Assembly: GCA_030390025.1 (NCBI GenBank)
Contig: CM059425.1
Coordinates: forward strand, 162,132,001 to 162,196,000
DNA length: 64,000 nucleotides
Origin: Squalus acanthias
Taxonomy: Eukaryota
Reading direction: 5' to 3'
The notes beneath the pieces were generated by a model. The model ran no database searches. It saw only the letters and a program-made list of their open reading frames with translations, and was not told the origin of the DNA. Numbering within the stretch: position 1 is the first letter of the stretch; each line of letters begins with the position of its first letter. The translations under genes were made by a program, and so were the position numbers. Shown here piece by piece: positions 13,207-23,559 of this stretch.

Positions 13207-13506
13207 TCTCCTTAGAGGGTGTATAGCAACACCCGAACTGCAGGCTAGTATAAGCTGCAGGAAAAGTTAGAGAACAGCAGACTAATGAACCACAAAAGTA
13301 CGCCACAGTCACCAAAACACAACTAAAACCCCTACAAGAACATACACCCAAACACCAAGAATAGACAGAGAAGAAGGACGATCTTAGATAAGGTCAACCA
13401 TCAATACAGGTATATCCCGGGGATGGTTACAAACAGAAAAGAAGTCGGTATCCTTGACTAGATTTTAAGACTCTATTTTTTCTCCCCTTGTCCAGTCTCT
13501 TCCCAC

Positions 13507-14073
13507 TGTGGAAGTGCGGTTTACTTTGAAGACACAAACAAAATGGCCTCTCTAAGAAAGTAATTTAAAAAGGGAATTCAAAATGGCCGACAGTAGGAGT
13601 CACCATAAGTAAATCATTCTAATTAGCTACAAGAATAGAGACAACTCGGAATTCCTTATCTAAGAAAAGCTTAGCAAAATAAGGCATCAATTAGTTCTAA
13701 CCAGCTCAGGATGAGATAAGGTAAGCCATCAACCCACAGATTAGAGAATGAACATTGAACAAAGGGGTCTCATAAGGAAGGTCTGGTTATCTGATTTTTA
13801 AGGAATTTCTGCTCGTTATTATAACGAAAACCTATGCAATAACTCACAAGTTTGTGCATCATTAAATAGGATGTTTAATGATGTGTCATATGGCCTGTTC
13901 TGTGTACTTTTTGTATAAAGTATGTTCAAATCTTGTAAGATTCGAAGCATTCTGACATAGCAACTTGACTGTGTCAGAACCTTCCCTTGTAACAAGTAAA
14001 CTTTATTAAAAAAGCCTTCTTTGACACGATTCTTTGTTTAAATTAGTTCTACTCGGTATGTAAAACTTCGACA
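13507..14073 (+). repeat. ERV 3' LTR
   Basis: By eye it differs from the 5' LTR by 5 substitutions and one A-run indel. Confidence 0.95.
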
Positions 14074-15764
14074 CCACCTACATCCGCGACTCTTCCGACG
14101 CCATCTGCCACTTTAACAGTTTCCTGGCCCCAACCGTCTCCTTTTCACTATGAATACCCAATCCCTCTACACCTCCATCCGGCACCAGGATGGCCTGATG
14201 GCAGTCAGCTTCTTTCTTGAACAGGGGCCCAACCAGTCCCCATCCACCACCACCCTCCTCCGCCTGGCTGAACATGTTCTCACATTGAACAACTTCTCCT
14301 TTGACTCCACTCACTTCCGCCAAATTAAAGTTGTTGCTACGGGAACCCGCATGGGTCCAAGCTATGCCTGCCTTTTCGTGGGATATGTGGAACATTCTTT
14401 GTTCCAGTCCTACTCAAGTCCCCTCCCTCACCTCTTTTCCGGTACATTGATGACTGTATCAGTGCCGTTTCCTGCTTCCGCCCTGAACTAGAAAATTTCA
14501 TTCACTTTGCTTCCAATTTCCACCCTTCCCTCACCTTCACATGGTTGATCTCCTACTCTTCCCTTCCCTTCCTCGACTTCTTTGTCTCCATTTCTGGGGA
14601 TAGGCTATTGACAAACATTCACTATAAGCCCACTGACTCCCACAGCTACCTGGACTAGACTTCCTCCCACCCCGCTTCCTGTAAGGACTCTATCCCATTC
14701 TCCCAGTTTCTCTGTCTCCGCCGCATCTGCTCTGACGATGCCATCTTCTATACTAGTGCTTCCAATATGTCTTCCTTTTTCCTCAACCGAGGATTCCCCT
14801 TTACCGTGGTTGACACAGCCGTTCTATTTCCCGCACTTCTGCTCTCACCCCTTCCCCTCCCTCCCAGAACCACGATAGGGTTCCCCTTGTCCTCACCTTT
14901 CACCCCACTAGCCTCCACTTTCAACAGATCATCCTCCACCATTTCCGCCACCTCCAGCGTGATCCCACCACCAAACACATCTTCCCCTCCCCTTTCAGCA
15001 TTCCAAAGGGACCGCTTCCTCCGCGACACCCTGGTCCACTCCTCGATCACCCCCAACACCCCTTCCCCTTCCCACGGCACCTTCCTGTGCAAGCGCAGGA
15101 GATGCAACACCTGCCCTTTTATCTCCTCCCTTCCCACTGTCCGGGGCCCCAAACACTCCTTCCAGGTGAAACAGCGATTTACTTGTACTTCTTGCAATTT
15201 AGAATATTGTGTTCGCTGCTCACGATGCGGTTTCCTCTACATTGGGGAGACCAAATGCAGATTGGATGACCGCTTTGCGGAACATCTCCATTCAGTCCGT
15301 AAACGTGACCCCGAGCATCCGGTCGCCTGTCACGTTAATTCTCCCACTCCCACTCTGATCTCTCCATCCTCGGTCTCTTACACTGTTCCAGTGAAGCTCA
15401 ACGTAAGCTCAAGGAACAGCACCTCATCTTTCGATTAGGCACTTTACAGCCTTCTGGACTCAACATCGAGTTCAACAATTTCAGACTATAACCTCGGCCC
15501 CTACTTTTTTTTCCTTTTTTTTTCTCCCACATGGCAGCTGTTGATGATTCTGCTATTGCCATTTACACCTCATCTAGAGTCCTCTTTTGTTTCTTAACTT
15601 GTCCCATTACTATCTCCTTTTGCCTTGCACCATCATCCCTTTTGTCTTTTAATCTCTCCTGCCTTCCACCCTATCACAGACCTTCTCTTTTGTTCTTTCC
15701 TCCCCTCCCCCCTTTCCCAGCCCCTGCATTTGCTTAAAAATCTGTTACATCTCTAACTCTTTCC

Positions 15765-15801
15765 AGTTCTGACGAAGGATCATCGGCCTGAAACATTAAC
15801 T
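15765..15801 (+). ncRNA. Minimal type I hammerhead ribozyme motif in Penelope pLTR
   Basis: AGTT-CTGACGA-AGGATCATCGGCCT-GAAA-CATT-AACT: core intact, stem I AGTT/AACT, stem III ACGT changed to ACAT. Confidence 0.75.
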
Positions 15802-15983
15802 CTGTTTCTCTCTCTGCAGATGCTGCCTGACCTGCTGAGTATTTCCAGCATTTTCTGTTTTTATTATAAACTAAATGGCACAACTTTAAATTATACACAA
15901 ATCTTTGAAGGTGACAGGATAAATTGATAAGACTGTTAAAAGAAGCATACGGGATCCTTGGGTTTATAAATAGAGGCATATAT

Positions 15984-18111
15984 GGGATACAAATTCGGGT
16001 AGTTACCGCCACCAAGTAAGGCCCGTTTCGTGAAAAAAAATGGTGGCCGCCTCACTTCCGCCCGCCTCTGCCTCTGGCGCGGGACTAGGCGGCCGCCATT
16101 TTGGTGAGGGCCATAGCGCTGCCATTAGCAGCGTTGGCATTAGACATGCAAATCTGCAGAGCGTGACATCAGTCGTTGTGCAATGCCGACTTGGATCTTA
16201 GCGCTGAGTTTAACGCTGGGTCCTGAGCTCCCTCCAAAAAGCGAGCATGCAGCAGACCTACAGAGACACTGTCAGCACTACTTAAAGGGACACACACATC
16301 TTTCAGGTAAGTTTGCATTTAAGCTTTTGGACTGGATTTTTTGTATTTTATTGAAGAAGTGGCTTGGTGCAACAGCTATTAAAAGTTTTTAAAGTGTGCA
16401 GGGAGTGCTGCTAGACTCTTGCAAGGCCTCGGATGGTAAAAGAAGGCCTTTAAGAAGACAGAAGATGCTGGAAATACTCAGCAGGTCAGGCAGCATCCGT
16501 GGAGAGAGAAACAGAGTTCACGTCTCAGGTCGACATGCTGTCTGACTTGCTGAGTATTTCCAGCATTTTCTGCTTTTACATCAGATTTCTAGCATCCGCT
16601 CATAGAGGGAAGAGGAAGAAGCAGAAGAGGAGGAAGCAACCCAGACAGTCCCTTTCTGGCCGGAATATCCAGGATGGAATCATCCGCCTGTGGTACCAGT
16701 GACCGCAACACCAACCACAATTCCTCTTTCAACATTTGGCCCACACCTTACCTTCCCTTTGGCCAGAATGCTGAAAAAAAAGCCACCACAAAGCAAACTT
16801 TCCAATCTAACTTTATACATCTATCCACCCAATATGACATCAAGAAATCAACTAACATCCTTATGCATCCCTTAGTAACTGTCTTGTTGTGTGCCTTTGC
16901 CTAGCCTACTGATGTCACGTAGTGCTACCCCAGTGGCTGCAGCATGGCTGGTGAAGGCTGCTGACTTTCAATGGGGGACACTGCAAATGGCCTTGCAGGT
17001 CGACCTTGAGGAGCTGGTGGCTGGGAGCATGAAATCAGGTGACTGTGTTTCTTCTTCTTCTTCACTCTCCTCTCCTTGGTCGATCACTGGCTGGGCAGGC
17101 TGCATTTCTTGGGTGTGTGAAATGAGGAAGGCACAAGGGTGAAGGTGTAGTGAGAGAAGGGCGGGAAAGCAAGGGGTGCATGCCAGAAGGAGGATAATGT
17201 ATGAGGATACCAGTATCTTCTATCCTTTCAGCCCTGCCCCTGCCATGAATGGCCAGCACCATCTCCTCCAAGGAGGAAAGGTGAATCTAGGAATGGGAGG
17301 TGTGCCTCGTGTTTGGTACAGATTGTTGGTAGGTGAATGATTGGGGGTGGGGGGGCGGTCATGCATTGAGGAGTGTGTGAGGCTGGTGGTGCAGTTGGTA
17401 GGAGATGGCTTATGAAGATGCATTCACTGAACTTGACCACTGGTCTGAGGTCATCAAGCTTCTTTGGGCACTGGAGCCAGGTCCTGGGGGCGATACTTTT
17501 AGCAGTGACGGCCTCAGTGATCTGGTCCCACATCCTTCTTACTTGAGGGCCTCCTGGCCCCTGTGGGTAGAAGACCTCTCTTGCAGTGTTGACCCCCTGC
17601 ACAAAGCTAGAGCGCTGCGTGCAAGACCCTGGGTGCCTCTTCCCTGGCTTGCTGAGCCATTTGTTAGTGCTGAAGCACTTTTCCCTTTTTTTTTAGGTAC
17701 GGAAGGCAATTCAGCTTTAACAGCTGAAGACTGCCATTTGGGAATTCATTTTAATGTTTATTTTTTTCTCAGAAGGCAGTTGAGGTCTAAGTGCTAAAAG
17801 CTGCCAATTTTTAAATGATTTTTTTTCATCTTAGAAGGCAGTGCTCCTTTAAGGGACCGACACGGCTTTCTAAAATGACAGGCTAGCTTTAATAGAACGC
17901 TGTTCTTGCTCCAGGGATGCTGCAACCACACTACATTGGGCCTCCTGCTGAGACTACCACCTGAAAACCAGCCTTACACAGCAAGTTTTGCACCAGCTAA
18001 TTTTAATTAGCAAACAGCACCAATATGCTGCCAGCGCTATTAATTCCGGCAGCCATTAACCACAGCCCACGTGGCACCAATAGGTTTTCGGCACTCTGGA
18101 ATTTCTAGGCC
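15984..18111 (-). mobile_element. Internally deleted PIF/Harbinger transposon with Myb/SANT-like remnant
   Basis: Imperfect TIRs gggatacaaattc / gaatttctaggcc interrupt CR1 between GI and EYK codons. Minus ORF 17228-17602 contains MWDQITEAVTAKSIAPRTWLQCPKKLDDL. Confidence 0.75.
16459..16572. repeat. Fold-back made of two inverted Penelope pLTR ends
   Basis: 38-bp arms at 16459-16496 and 16535-16572, homologous to Penelope 3' ends at ~15820-15857 and ~49083-49120. Confidence 0.85.
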
Positions 18112-18986
18112 ATAGAGTACAAAAGCAAGGAAGTTATGCTAAACCTTTATAAAACACTGGTTAGGCTCCAGCTGGAGTATAGTTGCCAATTATGGGCACC
18201 ATACTTTAGGAAGGATATCAAGGCCTTGGAGAGGATGCAGAAGAGATTTACTAGGGATGCATTACTTCAGTTATGTGGAGAGACTAGAGAAACTGGGATT
18301 GTTCTCCTTAGAGCAGAGAAGGTTAAGGGGCGATTTGAAAGAGATGTTCAAAATCATGAATGGTTTTGATAGAGTAAATGAGAAACTGCTTCCAGTGGCA
18401 GAAGAGCCGGTAACCAGAGGATACAGATTTAAAATAATTGGCAAAAGAACCAGAGGCGAGGAAAAAAAAATTATAGAAGCGAGTCATGATGATCTGGAAT
18501 GCACTGCCTGAAAGGGTGGTGGAAGCAGATTCAATAGTAACATTCAAAAGGGAATTGGATAAATACTTCAAGGGGAAACATTTGCAGGGCTATGGGGAAA
18601 GAGTAAGGGAGTGGGACTAATTGGATAGCTCTTTCAAAGAGCTGGCAGAGGCATGATGGGCCGAATGGCATCCTTCTGTGCTAGATCATTCTATGATTTC
18701 ATGATTAATGTCCACTAAAAATGCACAGAGGCATTTTAGATGAGTCCTTTTAACATTAATTCGTTATTATTCCAGTGTTATTTCAGTGCCCAAATTGCCA
18801 TTATAATTTACACAAATCATCAATTTTCCGTTAATAAAGAATGATCAAAGTGACATTATAAATTGAGAGGTACCTGCTTGAAATCATTCCAGCATACCTT
18901 TTGTTATATATACGTACAATGTAATTTTTAATGGGGAATTTATGGCTAATATACATACACATACATCAGAGTTTTTACAGACATAA

Positions 18987-19707
18987 GGGGGAAAAATTGA
19001 GTCGTGCCCCCTTTGGGACGCTAACTTCGCCGGGGTGCTAATTTTAGCACCACGAAAAAATTTGCGCCCCCGCAGTCGAAATTCATCGGTAGCGCCCCAA
19101 GAAGGAAGCGGGTCGCTACTGGAAGCGCCCCGCCTCCCTCTTGGGGCGCTGCGAGGGAATATTGCGGCGCGACGTGCGCACATTGCGCCGCGGTACTGCA
19201 GGCCTTCCTCCCCTTCTTAAAGGGGAAGGGCCTTGCGCAGCGCATCCCGGGGCCCAGCAGGGCCACCAGGGTTTGGAGTGCCGGCAAAAGAGCCCGGCAC
19301 TCAAGAGAAGTGCCGGGCTCACGGAGCGCAGTCGGCACTCCGCGGTGGGGGGGGGCTGCTCAGGAGGCCGGGGACGGCAACGGGGGCAGGTGCTGGCAGG
19401 CGTCCAGCAACAAAAATGGCCGCCCGGCACCTCGCCTTTAATTAGCGCCGCCCTGGCTGCAGGTAGGCCCCCCTGACCCCGTCGGACATAGCGTCCAGCA
19501 GTAAGTCAGGGGGCACTACTGAAGAATGCGGCCGGGGCGCTGCACATGGCGATGACGTCATTGCTGGCAGGCGCAGCACTGCGAGGCGCTAACGGTTGCC
19601 GCCGCCGCTAACCTCCCGCTAAATTTTGCGGGAGGCGTTGGCGGCGCCGCGCCTGGGCGCTAGTTGCTTTGCGCCCCGTTAGCGCCCAGCAACCGAATTT
19701 TTCCCCC
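18987..19707. mobile_element. GC-rich MITE (Harbinger-like)
   Basis: TIRs GGGGGAAAAATT / AATTTTTCCCCC, 3-bp flanks TAA/CAA, no credible coding region. Confidence 0.75.
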
Positions 19708-20452
19708 CAAGGACTCCAGTCTTGTGTCTCATTTATAGCTTCATTATTTTCCCTAACCTGCCTCGCCATTACCAGCCTAAGTGCTTCCCACTTCAAGCCT
19801 TTCTGATTACATGCTGTAGATGATGGTCCAAGTGCAGTTTTTAAAAATACTTCTTAACTGTTTCATTAATTTACAGTTAAAAACAGTTGATTGAAAGGTT
19901 AAATGCTTGAAAACACAAACCAATCAAAATCTGGGAAGGAATAGAGTATTTGAGGCAGAATGTAATCCTGTTGGCAGCAGCAATTTGTTTGGCTAGTGCA
20001 GACTTTGCTTTTGTCACCATCACAGTGCATATCGAGTAACCAAGTAAACTAAATTATCTTCTGCTTTGAAATGTGAATTTCATTTTAAGTGTGTTTTGAA
20101 TTATATGATTTATATGACAAAAAGGAGCCAAACTGTTTGACTCCTATTCTCCATTAAATTAGGTACTTCTTTGAACTGACGTTGCAATTTAAAAATATAA
20201 CCTGTTTTATCTCAGCCCTACTCTCGCTATGCTAGCTGAGGATTACTGTCTTACTTCCCTCCTGAAAAGTCATGGATGCAAGTCTACTTCATACCACCCT
20301 ATGGTACAGCTAACTGGAATGCTTAGTGTGAAGCACCACCGTACTCTGAATCTTAAAGTTGGAAGCATCCCAATGTAAAGTGCCATTCAAAAGTACAGAG
20401 GGATCAACTGTAGAAGACATTACAGCTTGGAATTAACAAAATCTAATAATAT

Positions 20453-21130
20453 GGGGGAGATATTAACCTTGCTTCCTCGGCGGAAATCGGGCAGGCGAAC
20501 AGTTAAATTCGCCCATAGGACTCGCCCACCAAAGTCCCACAACAATCCAGCAGGTTCTGATTTTAACCTGCTCTTCTAAGCAGGCAAGAAGAACATCCAC
20601 TGGAAACTGGTAGGGTCATTCTTTAAATATGCAGATCGGGCTCCAATGATATTATGAGGGCCAAATTGCTATTTTAACCAGAGGCCTATGTGGAGTGGCT
20701 TTCCCGCCATACCAATCTAGCAGTGTCCGGGCCAGACAAGGCCCAAAAAGGCAAGTCTTTTTACTTTTTGTGACTTTCCTTCTGGGGCCAGAAGGAGCAG
20801 GAGTGCTCCTCCAGACCCCACAAGGAAAGTTTAGGCCTTCCCCCCCACCCGGCATCGCCCCCTCCCCCGACTGTGAGGATCTTCCAAACCGCCTCTCCGT
20901 GACTTACCCGACTGTTGGGGACTTTACCTTCAGTCCCTGGCGTCTGTCTCCTGCCTCCCAATACTGTGCTCCCACCTGCCAGCCAACTGCCTCTTCCTGC
21001 AATTTTCGGCAGGAGACTGATTAAAGTTATGCAGGTAAAGCCCAGGAGTTAAAATTTCCCACGTCTCACGCAGCCGAGGTCAGGACAGTTTGTCGCCCAC
21101 CTCTGACCCCGCCCACCCAACTCCCACCCA
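20453..21130. mobile_element. Probable non-autonomous DNA transposon
   Basis: GC-rich block starting GGGGGAGATATTAAC, similar to ends of other MITEs here. Right end unclear. Confidence 0.45.
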
Positions 21131-23559
21131 GAGTACAATGTAACAACCTTCTTTTGTTTGTTACAAAACCTCAGATAGTGGCCAAGATGACCACAAAAAA
21201 AGTATTTCTGTTCATGGAGGAGTACTCTTTCATAATTGTATCTTCAACCGCCAGAGATGCACTAACAAAATCCAGTTCAACACATCTTATGCCATGAGGT
21301 GCTTGTACATTGTTGTCCCAATACATTCACAACTGTTTTACAAAAATATGATTTTAACCTGTCAAAAAAAAACTTACGATCTTGCTTTTGTTGGCAAGTT
21401 AAAAAAGCTGAAATAGAATTGTGTGGTCATTGTGAATTAATAGTCATTAATTTTACAATTGTACAAATGTTCTGACATGGACCAATAATTTTGTTTAGCT
21501 AAAACTTCATTCAATGAAACTAAAAACAATTAGATAACAAAGAGAGCTATTGTCCACTACAGTTTTGCTATTCGTAGTTTGCAATCAAATTATAGTAGGA
21601 CCGAAATAGCCATTTTATAAAAATAAAATGCAACCAACTGTTTGCTCTGACTTTCATATTTAAGAAAATAAGATAAAACCTCCCATTTGCTAACTGACAC
21701 TGGGACAATGAGTAATTTTGCAAAACAATTTACCTTAATTTACAAAGATATTTTACAAGCTTATGTTTAGTGAGTCCCTTCATTTTATATGTATTTCAGG
21801 ATTTCATAAATTGAATAAAGTCACTACATACCAATGAAGAAACAAGCGATATGTTAACCACTTTATGCACGTTTTGTAAGAATATTGCCATTTTATTGGC
21901 ATGCCCCAAGGCTGACATTTCAAGGAAGACACTGTGAAGCAGGTGTGCTCTACCGATGTCAGTTAAATGGAACCTCACAGAGCATGCCTGGAAGGTGCCA
22001 CTGAGTGACACATAATTGGATCCGTTTGAGAGTTTTGCTGTGCTCACTGCTAACTGACACTAAATCCAATGGAGACAGATTTAAGAGAAAAAATGGCTCC
22101 TGATCAGTCTATAAGTGAACCAGCTATGCAGCACTCCAGGCAACTAAGAGACATATTCCATAAGGGTCCAGAGTTGATGCCAGTGAAGCACCTTAGGTAT
22201 GGCATTTGCTTCTCTCGTCAGACAGCATGCCTTCTACTTAGGGACTCAAATAATCATTATTCTTCAAAGGTAGGAGTACGTTTCAGACCTAATGTTATGG
22301 GAGACAAATGGTGCTGTGCAATTTACATTTAAAGCACTTCTGTCTACACTGATATCCCCCTTTAAACATGTTTTATTAATCCAATATTCCATTGGTTTAG
22401 AGGGCTAATTTTGCTATCCCTCATTCCCAGTAGGGAAGCTGCGCTCAAAGGGAACATGGGTTAGAGATAATGGCACAACACTGTAGCCCCCATTCTCTGA
22501 CAAGTTCTGCTGCTGAGTGTAGGATTGCACAATTAGCCCTTTGACAAGGTAAAGGTCAACTGTTCACTGGTGTTACCCATACACACAGTTGAACTGTTGT
22601 ATTTTAGCACACTGACACTAATATTTACTTGTATATCTTCTGTGCTATTGTCTTTTATAAGCCAGATGATACGTTATTTTAGAAGGACAATAGCATTATA
22701 TCATGTGATGCACAATGTATTATTCTGCTGCTAAGGTAGAGCTGTGAATGGCCTGTCCCTTTAAGGCCACAAAGTATAATTTCAGCAAATATGCACAGGC
22801 CCATTACTACTTTCTTTTTAGATACTTTTGCTACTTGTTCATTGGTAGATTTCCTAACTGTTGTGATTTGTTTCTCTTTCATAAATGATATCTGAGCCAA
22901 CCAGATGCAAATGTGGCACAGACTTTGTACGTGTGCCACAGACATTACGTTTTTGACACTTTCAAGTTTTATATTTTCAGGTACAACTGGTGTGCAAGAC
23001 TTTTACATACATCAGTAGTTATCCCGTGGCAATGCTCATGGTGAGTCAGAGAATATTTTTTTGAAAGAAACCAGGAAATCCTATGTTAAGTGCCCAAGCT
23101 GGGGATTTGGTGGGCGGGGTTTAAGGCCCATTCCTGGAAACAACGATTACCCTAGCAGTCCCTTTATAAATGAGACCACTTTAAAAAAAAAATGTATTTT
23201 TAAAAAATTATTTCTTTGGGGATCCAGGTCTTAATCTGGGTCTGGACACCCAGGTGGGCCCCACAGTGGTTCTGGATGTTCACCTAGTTTTGACCTGGCC
23301 TATCTACGCTGACCATATATATGCACTGTCCCTTTAAAGGCCCAGGGCATGGGAACTCGCAACATAGGGAGTTACCTGCCCTCTTCTCCCCCACCCCAAC
23401 CTTACGACAATGGCTATGCTTGGAGCAGGCAAAGGCTCTGCCTCAACAGGCCCTACAGGATACTTTGGCTCAAGGGCACAACCCAGAATATTGGGCTTCA
23501 GCCTAGTTTCCAGCCATTCTAGCAGACTCCTACCAAAGTATACTAGAACATTTATAATA

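Larger units (their letters stand above)
6914..14073 (+). mobile_element. Endogenous retrovirus, class I (gamma/epsilon-like), defective provirus
   Basis: Two ~566-bp direct LTRs (TGT...ACA), 4-bp TSD CCAC (6910-6913 / 14074-14077), tRNA PBS, integrase ORF with GPY motif, env remnant with CWVC. Confidence 0.95.
6575..15864 (+). mobile_element. 5'-truncated Penelope-like element (RT + GIY-YIG, frameshifted), interrupted by ERV
   Basis: PRFYLLPKIHK..PGRPIIS on the left of the ERV continues as QSLPTYIRDS across it. GIY-YIG motif EYCVRCSRCGFLYIGET. Flanked by a 19-bp TSD tataaactaaatggYacaa (6556-6574 / 15865-15883). Confidence 0.9.
6098..18700 (+). mobile_element. 5'-truncated CR1 split into three pieces (~6098-6574, 15865-15980, 18112-~18700) by nested insertions
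   Basis: Pieces are collinear with CR1 RT and 3' end (WLRDRKQRVV, ISKFADDTKL; GFINRGI|EYKSKEVMLNLYKTLVR; 3' tail ...ccttctgtgct...ttctatgatttc). Confidence 0.85.

Noticed and set aside
18884..19796. Overlapping GC-rich ORFs or a gene promoter CpG island
   Set aside because: Bounded by TIRs. The ORFs reflect stop-poor GC-rich sequence and have no motifs. The same applies at 28455-29238.
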